A DNA stretch of 41,734 nt from the NCBI GenBank assembly GCA_031835245.2, contig JAVKOQ020000112.1, positions 124,001-165,734 on the forward strand, given 5' to 3'. Positions within the stretch are counted from its first letter, which is position 1. Each line of letters opens with the position of its first letter. The translations under genes and the position numbers were made by a program. Positions 14,060 through 24,795 of this stretch are shown piece by piece. The notes below the pieces were generated by a model. It saw only the letters and a list, made by a program, of their open reading frames with translations, was not told where the DNA came from and ran no database searches. Source of the stretch: Balamuthia mandrillaris. Its lineage: Eukaryota.

Positions 14060-14585
14060 ACGAACAACATATGCAGAGAGTAACTTACCGCTACAAAATC
14101 TTCGGAAGAACAGTGGAGAGAACACAAGAGGACTGGAACAATGCCCTCTTTGACAAGCTAAACGGAACTGTGCCCGATTACAAAGTGGGCAACGAGGTGA
14201 GGGTATGCTGCCATCCCAATAATCTCTCCCTATCTGTACTGAAGCCTGGCCGTATCAACCCTCCTTTGTACGCTTCCTCTCCTTATTCGTTCATGGTTGT
14301 AACGATGGTTGGTGGTGGTCGCATTCTCACCAAGTGGCATGTTTTGCGTGTAAAAGGGACTACTCGCACTTGGAAGGCACTGTTGTGGAAGAGGAGGATT
14401 GGATACCTAAGAAAGAAAGAGTGTTGCACGCACCTCTAGACCATCGCAAAAGAGCCCCAGTCATCTCTCTCGGTTCTCCTAAACAATCCGCACAAACATC
14501 GCCCTCCAACTCACCAACCTCCCAGCAGCGGCAGAAAGCAAAACCAGCCACTAGTGAACATACTACCCCAACCTCCAACCAGTAG
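13295..14585 (+). CDS. DUF3592-like single-pass membrane protein with possible mitochondrial presequence (start codon uncertain: 13295 or ~13487)
   Basis: TM segment VLMWCAAVAVFGVGVGVPLVTII followed by SSWPTLPATVISVE...RVTYRYKIFG...YKVGNEVRVCCHPNNLSLSVL, matching the DUF3592 pattern. Three inferred introns; stop TAG at 14585. Confidence 0.6.
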
Positions 14586-14743
14586 AAGAAAAGCATCCAT
14601 TTTATAGACTTAGCCAAAAATGCATTTAAAAGAGTGGTGCACCACCACGAAGCAAGAAGGAGGTGAACCCCCCCCCCCGTTCTAAAGAAACAATCATAAC
14701 AAAAGGAAATAACCAAAGTAGTGTTGGCCCTTCTCTTCGTCCT

Positions 14744-15930
14744 TTAAATTGCCTCTGTTTTGGCTCTTGCCCTTTTGGAGATGGCGTTTGGTTTCTTGGG
14801 GATGGTAGTTCCACCCTTCTTATTGTTGGTTGTGGTATCCGCGCCTTCTGCTTTTTTCTTTTTCTTTTTCTTCATGAGGCTGCTTTGGTCCACGGTAGTG
14901 CCTGATTCAACTTTCTTTTTCTTCTTTTTCTTCTTTGCTTTGAGAGTGGAGGAATCTGCAGCAGTAGTCCCTCCATTTTCTTTCTTTTTCTTTTTCGTTT
15001 TGACCTTAGCACTGCCACTCTCCTCTCCGCATGCTGCCTTCTTTGGAGAGGCTTTCTTCTTGGCTTCTTTGCCATTCGTTGCAGTGGTTGCTTGCTTGGG
15101 CGATGAATTTTCGACAAGCTTTTTTTTCTCCGTTTTTCGTTCTTCCACTATCCGTTCTTGTACGGATTCTTGCTCATTACGGCCGCCAGTAGCACCCACT
15201 TTCTCCTCCTCCTCTTCATCGGATGTAGCGCACAGTAGATCAGCCACCATATCAGCACTGAGAACGGCAGGCATTTGGGCAGAGACCTGGTCCGAAGATG
15301 TCCCTTCCTTATCCTTCTGTTTCTCTTTCGCCTTGTTGTCACCGTTGACAGCTGCCTTCGCCGTGTCTGGTTGTGAATGTGATGCTGCAGCCCCAGAGTT
15401 TTGGTGAGGGAGCCATGGCAGATTGATAGGGATAGGCCCTCCTAAGTTCGATTCGATCTCAACAAGTGTGTCCAGGATTTCCTTCATTCCAGGACGATCC
15501 TTGGGGTCCACATTCCAACAGTCCCTCATGAGAGCTGCGTAGGTTGGGTCGCAGTCCTCCGGAATGGTAAGCCCCTGTCCCCGCGCAACCGCACTCAATA
15601 TCTGAAAGTTATGCATGCCCTGGAAGGGCGTCCTCTGCGTTAGGATCTCCCAAAGAATTATCCCAAAACTATATACATCAGCCGCCGGGCTGTACGGTCT
15701 GCAGTCCAACACTTCCGGTGCCAACCTATCATCAACAGAGAATCAGTTATTCTTGCTCATGCTCAAGTGGACTTTTCTTTTTGTGGTTTGGAAAGGACAA
15801 AGTACCAATTTAGAGTTCCCATTTTACTGTTAAAAGTCTCCAAGCTGTTTTCAAGGGCTTTGCTGATACCAAAGTCGGTGAGTTTAATATTGTACATGTC
15901 ATCCACCAACAAATTCAAGCTTTTTAAGTC
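14744..15930 (-). CDS. TKL-type protein kinase, C-lobe only (from DLKSLN onward) plus Lys-rich tail; N-lobe exons not found
   Basis: Exon 15930-15806 reads DLKSLNLLVD..KLTDFGISK..GTLNW. Exon 15725-14744 reads LAPE..ADVYSFGIILWEILT..DCW..RP. No GxGxxG, VAIK or HR upstream before the next gene. Confidence 0.75.
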
Positions 15931-15983
15931 CTATCAGAACGAAGTGAAATGTCATGGTTAGAAAAGAGAATGTTGCAAGTGGG

Positions 15984-15988
<5 letters not shown>

Positions 15989-16076
<88 letters not shown>

Positions 16077-16077
16077 G
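15989..16077. repeat. Long (GA)n/(CT)n microsatellite upstream of the kinase C-lobe exon
   Basis: About 90 bp of near-perfect GA repeat, seen directly. Confidence 0.95.
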
Positions 16078-16155
16078 CGAAACCAGAAAGAGAGCAGCAG
16101 CTGTTTTCCAGAAAGGGGAATAAAAGCGTCTGCCGCTTGTTATGCTCATCAGTTA

Positions 16156-19100
16156 TCACAAATACTTCTTCGCATACTCCTCCAGAGCCAAATGTCTTGA
16201 CCTTTCGATCTTCTTAGCAAAGGAAGGAGACTTGAAAGACGCTTTCAATCCGTTAATCACTATCAAATTTTTGTAAGTCAGTTCAAAAGCATCACAAAAC
16301 AAATGCAAAAATAAATTTTAAAAGAAGGAATACAAACTCTTTTTCAACAGAAACTCGCGCAACTTGGGGCCTTTAGGGAAAATGGCTGGATTGGGCAAGG
16401 ATGGGGCGTAGGCCGGAACGTCATCTCGCGAGGCAACGGCAACCCTGTACAAAACCTCGTCTCCTTCCTTGACAGCTTGAACCACGACGTGGATTTCTTC
16501 GTTTGTTGAGTGAAGGATGAATAACAGAGAGAGAGAGAGAGAGAGAAGTGGTAAAACAAAAAACAGAATGAATCAAGGATACGGTTATACTTTGAGTTGA
16601 TGCATTGAGGATTGAAAGGAGTTGTTCCGTCGGTGAATATAATCAACACGACGTCGTTGCCCAAATGTCTCTTGCGTTCAATCTGTTTTTTTTAAAATAT
16701 ATAACAGTCAACACTCTCTCGGTGAGAGAGAGAGAGAGAGAGCATACCTGTTGAGTATCTCTTTTACTGTAGGGCAGCAATGTGGCAACGTGGAACATGA
16801 TCTCATAATCGTTCCATTGCGTGTAAAGAGAGTGAGTTCCCGTTTGGTTTCCTACGCACGCGTTGAAGCGAATCAGCAACGAGTGGATGGATGATAATTG
16901 TTCGTTCTTTCAATTTAACAAAAAAAGGAAGGAGGACTTACGTTGTGTATCAAGACCGGCTGAATAATGGTTCCAGCCCTTCAGCTCTACTTTGTTGCCC
17001 AGTAGTTCCAGAAACTCCTCATATTCTTTGCTTGTCTCCACTAATACGATAAAACAAATAAGAAATCGTAGGTGTTGTGAGGGAGAGAAAAGAATACAAA
17101 CCATTGGCAAACATGTCATCCTCCAAGACTTGACCTTGGCGATAGTAGAGCACGCCAAACTTAAACTCGGTATACATCATATCGTCCTCAAAGCTGAGGA
17201 GATCTTTGGCAAACTGAGGATTGTCAATTTGTGTCAGCAGCTTCTTGTCCAGGAAAGCATAGACGCTGCGAAGGGAGTCAAAAAGTTCTTTTTGGGAGGG
17301 GGCGGCAAGAATGGCATGACTGTCACCCTGTTATTTTGGTGGTTTTAGGTATGAGGATGATTGATTGTTTGTTGAAATAACAACACAGGGGAAAACATAC
17401 ACGTTTGGTTCTGATCAAGCATCGGTACTTCTTGCCCCCTGCCTTGGTAAGGCTTTTCTTGCGTGCGGCGGGACTACCTGGTGGTGGCAGTTGCTCCTTC
17501 TCTGAAACGACGGATACGCATATGACTCCTTCCGTCGGATGTTTCCCCAAGTAATTGGTGTGAGCTGTTTGATACGGCTAGCGTAAGAAGACGAAGAAGA
17601 AAAACGAGAACAAGAACGAGAATAAAGAAGCCCAGTGAAACGTACGATTGTTTGCAAAGTAAGCTTGGTATACGTTTAGGTCATGATTCTGAGAGGCTTC
17701 GTTCAGGAAACCCTCATAGCCAATACGTCGCTCCGTGCCGAGCTCCCTGCGGAAGCCCTCACTAGGACGAATGAGCTCCGAGTCCAAGTCCTTCCCCGTT
17801 GCTTCCAAGCTGGCGTCCAAGGGACGCGTCCAGTTGTTAGTCTCAAAGTTCCACTGCCCGCAGCGCACCTCGTACTGTTCGTTCTCGATGGCGGCGGTGA
17901 GCTCCTGGTCCAAGGGACTCTCCAGGTACGGCGCCAGCCATTTTAGCACCTCTTGGTCGGTTTCTCCAAAGTCATCTCGGAACCAACCAAAAACGCGGGC
18001 AATTACAATCTGCTTCACATCGGGGAATATGGAGGTGGTGAGCATGCAGAAGCGTTTGGTGTTGTCCTCCAGCTGGGCGTCCACGGTGTCGGGGAGGTAG
18101 ACCTGAATGGGAGGGCAAGAGGCGGTGCCACAGACCAGCCCAAAGTGGCAACGCGGGTCGTACTGCTTAACCACGCTATTAAGGCGAGGGTCGTTCTTGG
18201 GGAAGCGACGCGTGGTCAGCCCGGGCGGTTTTCGGTTGGACCGCAGCACACCGTGCTTGATGTCGTAGAGGGAATACTTCTGGCCACCGATCACGTAGGA
18301 GAGCTCGTCAAAGAAGGCAGCACGCTCCACAGGAGTGGTGGGAGGTCCCACAGTGGCGATGGCGTGCACCGACAGGCCAAAGTAGACGTTGAGGAAGAGG
18401 GCCTTGATTTCTTCTTGGGACAGGCGGCCAATGTTCAGCGTTTGCAGCTCCAGAGAGCATTGCACGTACTTCTTGAAAGCGTCGCTCTTGGAGAGGGAGG
18501 TGTAGTCCATGCTCTGCTTATCGGGAGAGGAGAAGCCTTTGACTACCTCTTCGAGGCTGGCGATGTAGTCGTAGACCACTGCCTGCGGGTCCCGCTTTCT
18601 GGTCCAGAGTCTTCGCATGTTCAACACACGCGGGTCGTCATCTGCCTGTTGTGTATAAAAAGAAACAAAAACATAAAGGTCAAACATATATCTCAAGCTA
18701 AAGGAAGAGTGTGATAGGGCATAAGCAAAATGATACTAACGTAAAACTTGTATATGTCGTTGGAGTTGTAGAAAGGTTCGTCGTCGTTGCCTTCCTTTTC
18801 CTTTGCCAAGTGCATGAAGCCATAGCGTTTCAACTTTTGTCCTATTTTAATGGCCAAGGCTTCATCGATGCTGAGACGAGTCATCAACCACATTACCACC
18901 TCGAAAGCTATTGGGCGTATTGTTTGTTTTTCGATGTTAATAACGTTTCAAAAGTAATGAAGCTCTAAATCAGAAGAAGCTGAAGAAGAACAACAACAAG
19001 AAGAAGAACAAGAAGAAGAACCTTTGAAACAGTCCTTCACTTTGTTGAAGGAACCAAAGTCCCGTTTTTTAATGCCCAAAGCTCCCGACCGGATCTGATC

Positions 19101-20080
19101 AAACAAAGAGTCGAGCTGCACAACAAACGTTCCAAGTTAAGGAAGAAGAGAAAATAGAGCAACGAGAGAACGAAAGAAAGAAAAGGGAAGAAGGAAAGAA
19201 ACTTACCTCCTCTACTTCGTCCTCGAACAACATGGAGTCAAGGCTGTTCTTCCTGTGCTCATCCTCGGAGGTGCCCGAGGCATTGTGGCGGGAGGGACCG
19301 TCCCCCTCCTCCTTGTCGGTATCAGCCGAGGGCTCCGAAAAGTCGCCTGGCTCGCTGCTGCTGCTCGGGGCAGCAGTGCCGCGCGTCACAACGTTCTCAT
19401 CGCTTCCCTCCATGACGATGCCGGTTCGCGGAGAGGGACGCTTCTTTCGGCTCGGTGCTTTGGAACGACCTTTCTTTTTTGAGTCTTCATCTTCTTTCAT
19501 TGCTGTTTTTTGTAGAAAAACGGAAGAAGAGGACGCAGTCGGCGCGAAGAGAGTTGAAGGAGACGCAGAGGATTAGGGTCGATCGAAACGGAAAGACTGA
19601 AAAAGTCTGAAGGAGGAAGTTGGGGAAGCATAACAAACCTGCTTGAATGAGCCCCGCCACGCGGGCCTTATCCTCCACCAGAGCCGTTAGGTCGCTCATC
19701 GTCTAGTTAACCAAATCCAAAAAAATTGGTTTAATAAAAGTCGACCAGCAAACATTTTAAATAGAAATATATGAAATGAAAAAATAAAATAAAAAAAATG
19801 AATAAAAAATGAATAAAAAAATACATAAAAACAATCAATCAATCGGAAGATACAAAAAAAAAACGAAGGGTACCCCAATGTGCGTTTGGTTCACAAAGAT
19901 GGCAGGCAAGGCCGGTGTTTCCGGCTTTTCCAGGAGGGTGTGCAGCAGCTTCTCTTTCTTGGGGTGCTCCGTGAGGTTCACCACCCGCACCGACGTGAAG
20001 CCGTTGGCCTCCAGGAGTTCTTTGGCCTTCCTCCCCTCCGCAAGCTGTTCTTGCTTTGCATAGACGCGCACCCTTCCCAT
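16156..20080 (-). CDS. Multidomain protein: glutaredoxin-like + DEP + DUF547 + Rap/Ran-GAP
   Basis: Grx fold without Cxx[69 protein letters not shown]547: [38 protein letters not shown]. Rap[46 protein letters not shown]. Stop TGA at 16158-16156. Confidence 0.88.
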
Positions 20081-21329
20081 TCCTTTGTGGAGGGTTTGCT
20101 GTTCGTTAGGATAGTTCTTTTTTTTTAAAAAAAATAAATGCAATAAAATAAACAAAAAATGAAGCAAACCACGTTTAGCTGTTCTCCTTCTGCTTCTTCT
20201 CCTTCTCTTTCTTCTTCCTCTTTTGTCAGCGGTTTCGTTTTGAAGGTTTTTGTTTTTCAAAGCGTTACTAACAAAGGACTCTCTGCGGAGGCCCCCAACC
20301 TGGCTATCGTAAAATGGGTTTTTTCCGTGTCGCCTCTCAACTGTTGTGAACTGTGCTCTCTGGTTTTCTCTCTCTCAATTGTATTCGTTGTTGGCTGACG
20401 AGAAGAGATATGAAATCAATTTACGATCGGGTCTTTATCTGTGCTTTTTTTGGTGAAAAAAAGATAACCTTTTGGACCCTCGGAAGGACCAAATAAGGTA
20501 GGCTAATCTTTAATTAGCTGAATGTTGCTTGACGTCCAGATGAGATCGAATCTCCCAGCGTGATCGCGCCAAATTAAATTACCGTTTCCAGGTCTGCCGG
20601 ACACCAAAATAAGCATCTGTGTCCGGCGACAGATTGAGATTGTGAAAAATCTGGTGGCCCCGAAAGGACCTTGGAAGAAATTCCGCAATGCATCCTTTTA
20701 ACCGAAAGGAAGCTCACAGCGCTGACCGGCGTGCCTTGGCCCGAGGGCCAAGGCAGGGGGCTAGAGCTGGAAGCTGCAGGTGCGTACTCGCTGGAGAGAA
20801 CGTGGTGAGGGGATGACCCTTTGGCTGCAAAGGATAACAATTGGATGGGACGATGGGAAGGATTTCGCGTTGGGTCGTTCGCAGCGAACATGTATCCCCA
20901 TGAGTAAGGCCGCCTATGAGGGGGGAAAGATTGTCGAATGGCAAGCATCGCGGCTATGACAGGTGTCGCACTGACTCTCTTCGCTTTGAAGGCTTCTTTC
21001 AAGAGGGAAGTGAATAAGATGAGGGAAGCGTTTTTGCTCTCAAAAGCATCCAACCGCAGTTGAGGATATTTCAGATGGTGCTCTTCTGCGATTAAAAGAA
21101 AATTTTCTTCCGTTGCCTTTCAATCATCGCTGTCCCATCGACCATCAGCTCCGTTAATATAGCAGCTCTCTAAGTTTTAAGAAGCCACCGCCGGCGGAAA
21201 TATCTCACAGAATCACAACAAACTATGCTGCCAGAAACTCGTTTATGGTCGTTCTGAACACGGGCTTGTTTGATGACCCACAAACGTTCTCTCTGTCTCT
21301 CTCTCTCTGTCTCTCTGTGTCTCTCTCTC

Positions 21330-21369
<40 letters not shown>

Positions 21370-22748
21370 TCTCCCTCTCCCTTTCTCCCTCCCTCTCTCC
21401 TACAGAAGGCTCTGTTACCCTATGAGGCATTCCAAGACAACTTTTCACCCTCTTACCAGACCCTTCAGCAATAAGGCTGCCTGCCGTAAAGGCATAGCGC
21501 GGAAGAACAGTTGACCAACAAAGTGTCGCTGTTGACACAAGGGACAACTCCAAAATAAAAAAGAAGAAAAAAGAAAAAAGAGACACATACTCATATTTAA
21601 CGAGGAACAAAGAGAGCGAGGAAAAATAGAGAGAACGTGACGGAGGAGAGCTCATTACCATGGCCAAACCTCTTGTGGTGGGCCGTCCACCAAGCCAACT
21701 ACCACATGACTAACATGTTATTCAAAAGAAAGAACCTACCTGATGAGTTGAGCAATGACTTGAGCCACCCACACCTCCCACACAAACACACACAGTGTCC
21801 CTTATTTGTTGCCAGCGATAAAGACTCTGAAATACTTCCTTCAAAGAATTGCTGGGCTCAAGTATCGCTGGAGATTTGCAAGCTTACCGTGTAGCCCCAG
21901 TCCTCTCTTTCCTAACCAACACCAACAACACCGTACGGGTGCAGACTCACCCTCAAGAAAACCAACGACTGGCTGCAAATGAAGAGAATAATTTGGTTGT
22001 CCAACGTGATATTTGGCTGTTAAACATAATCTGCGTGGTGCACTTTCTTCGCACTTTAGGAAGGTGCCGCTCCGCAGGACAAGAGATTCAACTCCATATT
22101 AATGAACCATACCAGGTTCCACCAATCATGATATATCGGAGCTATGCACCCCAGTGCATGGTTTTCTGTTGCAGGCACGGTGGAGCAGTAAGGTTTGACT
22201 GGCTGTCTCATTTTCGTTGCGAAAAGAAAAAAACAACAACACAGCAGAGAGGGAACACCGCGCCTACACTGCCATTTTTAGTTGCGAGCAGAACGAAAGG
22301 ACCCAAAACATAATGGAGGTAGGTGCCCTTTCTTGTTACTTTTTTTTTCCCTATCTTTGTGCCTGTTGCTGACCATGAAAAGTTGCATTTAAGGTGGCCG
22401 GAGGAGGTGGTGACGACAACAACGGAGGTGTCCGTGTTGGCACAGCAACTCGCTGACCTCTCCACCATGTTTGCTGGTCTAAACAAGTTCACCATTTCCC
22501 AGTTAAAGTCCTGTTATGGAGAACAATGGAAACAGCGATATCCCTCCTTCAAATACGGCAAAAATAAGCAAGAATTGGTTTGTTAAGGTACAAAACGTGA
22601 AAGGCTGAGCTAACGTTCTCTTTCTTCTTAAAGGTTACCAATTTGATGGAATGCTATACCAACCGTGCTTCAGAAGTGCTTCGCCTTGTCAAACCGAAAA
22701 AAAATCTCTTTGCCCTCTTCGAGTGCGTTCTCACTCTCTCTCACTCCT

Positions 22749-22795
<47 letters not shown>

Positions 22796-24052
22796 CTTTT
22801 ACTTTCTTTAACAGAGGATTCTCCTGTTTTTCCATCAAAACAAACAGTTCCTTGAAATGCCACCCAGCCATTACAACAAAGGGCGAAGGCATTGGAAGGA
22901 CTGAACGAGACACGGCAGAAGAAGTGGTGAAAAAATTGATCTTATTAGTTACCACTCCAGAAAAGGTACCTCGCACGGGAGCTGCTCTCATCTCTTTTCT
23001 TTTTGTGATAAATTGTTCATTCCCTGCTTGTTTCCAAGGAATCTTTTTCCTCTAGTAGTGCTAATGAGACCTCCGCTGGCCATAAACGCAAAATGGAAGA
23101 GACGGTGCAGCCTAAGGAGAAGGAGAAGGGAAAGACGGAAGTTCCAGAGTCTCCTGACAAGAAACCACGCTTGTCACTGAATGACTTCGACCTCCACCAG
23201 CTTCTTCCCCAGAATACCAAGAACATGCCTGCTTATCTCGCGCCTCTCTTCATTCTCGTCCCTCCGTCTTACGCTGGTGCCTCATCTTCAAGTTCGCCGT
23301 CCTCTTCTACTGTTCCTTCTTCCTCTTCAGAAGCTTCACGTCATTCCAATTCGCCGTATTCCTCCACCTCCTCATCATCCCCTTCACCATCTCACAAGGA
23401 AGCTTTCTCGGGAACACCTTCAACGAGTGATGATTCAAACAAAGGCAAGCCTCTGTACCTTACTGAGTATGCAATGGCTGCCCGCTGTCAAAAATTTGCG
23501 CTTGAAATGGAAGCTTTTATTGAAAGCAAGAAACCACGCAAAGGAGTGCAATGGGTAGACAAAATACGTGAACTTTTAGATAAGCTTGAGAAAAATTTTC
23601 TGGGGCCATGGAGTAGAGCACCGAACACAGCTGCACTGGTTGACCTTAAAGCCTTGTTGGAAGAGTACTTGCCACTGTTCAGAATTGATGAATGCAGGTA
23701 AACTTTTCTTAAATTTTGCCATATACACAACCCAGCTAACCATTAAAAATATAAGAAACTCTATTTCTACTATGGTTGCAAAAGTAGTTGATAGTATTCT
23801 TGGTACTCTTTCTCAAAATCGTATTTCCTTCTTGAACTTAATGCAACTTATATGTCTCTCTTTCTCTTCTACTATCTGTGTTCCATATAGCTTCTGCAGT
23901 TCTACAGCATGATAGGACTCTATTGGACCCAAAGTTTCAACCCCATATATTTGAAACTAAATATATAGAGCCTCTGAGGACCATTCGAGATTGTACAGAA
24001 AAAGTGTTTTCTATGGCAGCATCTGAGTGTACTTCATTCCTTCTATTTTACA

Positions 24053-24104
<52 letters not shown>

Positions 24105-24463
24105 CTCTACTTAATAATTATTAGGAGCCCAGCAATCATAAAGAAAGCTTTGCAATATATGGAGAAACTAGCAGAACTTGCTGCTAGAGAGCTCCTCCCC
24201 CTCCTTAATCAGCGACTACTGTCAAAGAACTCTGACAATACAACTTTAGTCACATTACACAGATTGTAAGTGTTTTTTTCATTAGTAATTCCTTTTCTTT
24301 CACCACTGATGCTCTTTTAAAACTCAAGGAGAGGAGATTGCTATCGCTATAAAGCAGAGTGTTCCATTAGTGAAATGAAGAAAATAGCAACTTATAAGGC
24401 TGCTTCAGCCTATGTTGAGGCAAACAAACTTGCCTTTGCAACACTGTCCCCAAATTGTACTAC

Positions 24464-24782
24464 TGTTGTAAAATAAGAACGGGAATGATAGCGGAGACAA
24501 AGTAAGTACGAGACCCGAACTTAATTTACTAAAGTAAAGAATACAAGTAGAGTATTTTGTTGTAAGTTGTCCCGAGAGAAGAAAGAAAGAAAGTAGAAGA
24601 AGCAGTATTTAAACTGAAAGAAAGAACCATAAAAGAAGAAAAAGAAATATCAGCATAAAAGGGGAAGAAGAAAAAAGGAAACATCAAAAAAAGGAGAAGG
24701 GAAAGATGAGAGGTTTCCTCAGGTCGACGGCAGAAGGAGAACTCGGCAGAAAGAAGAGCTACTATGTTGGAGTTTTCCAACA
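24464..24782 (-). repeat. 3' LTR (319 bp)
   Basis: Identical by eye to 29975-30293. Termini on the element strand are TGTTGGAAAA...TTTTACAACA. Confidence 0.97.
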
Positions 24783-24795
24783 TCACCCCCTTTTC
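24783..24795 (-). other. Polypurine tract, overlapping the last codons and stop of the polyprotein
   Basis: Element strand GAAAAGGGGGTGA directly abuts the 3' LTR. Confidence 0.85.

Noticed and set aside
14744..20080. A single RapGAP-kinase fusion gene
   Set aside because: The RapGAP exon ends in tandem TGA TAA at 16158-16153 and the kinase N-lobe is absent.
20938..21080. In-frame TGA (NRS*GYFRC) as a possible selenocysteine codon
   Set aside because: Depends on a speculative splice; no selenoprotein motif or SECIS recognised.
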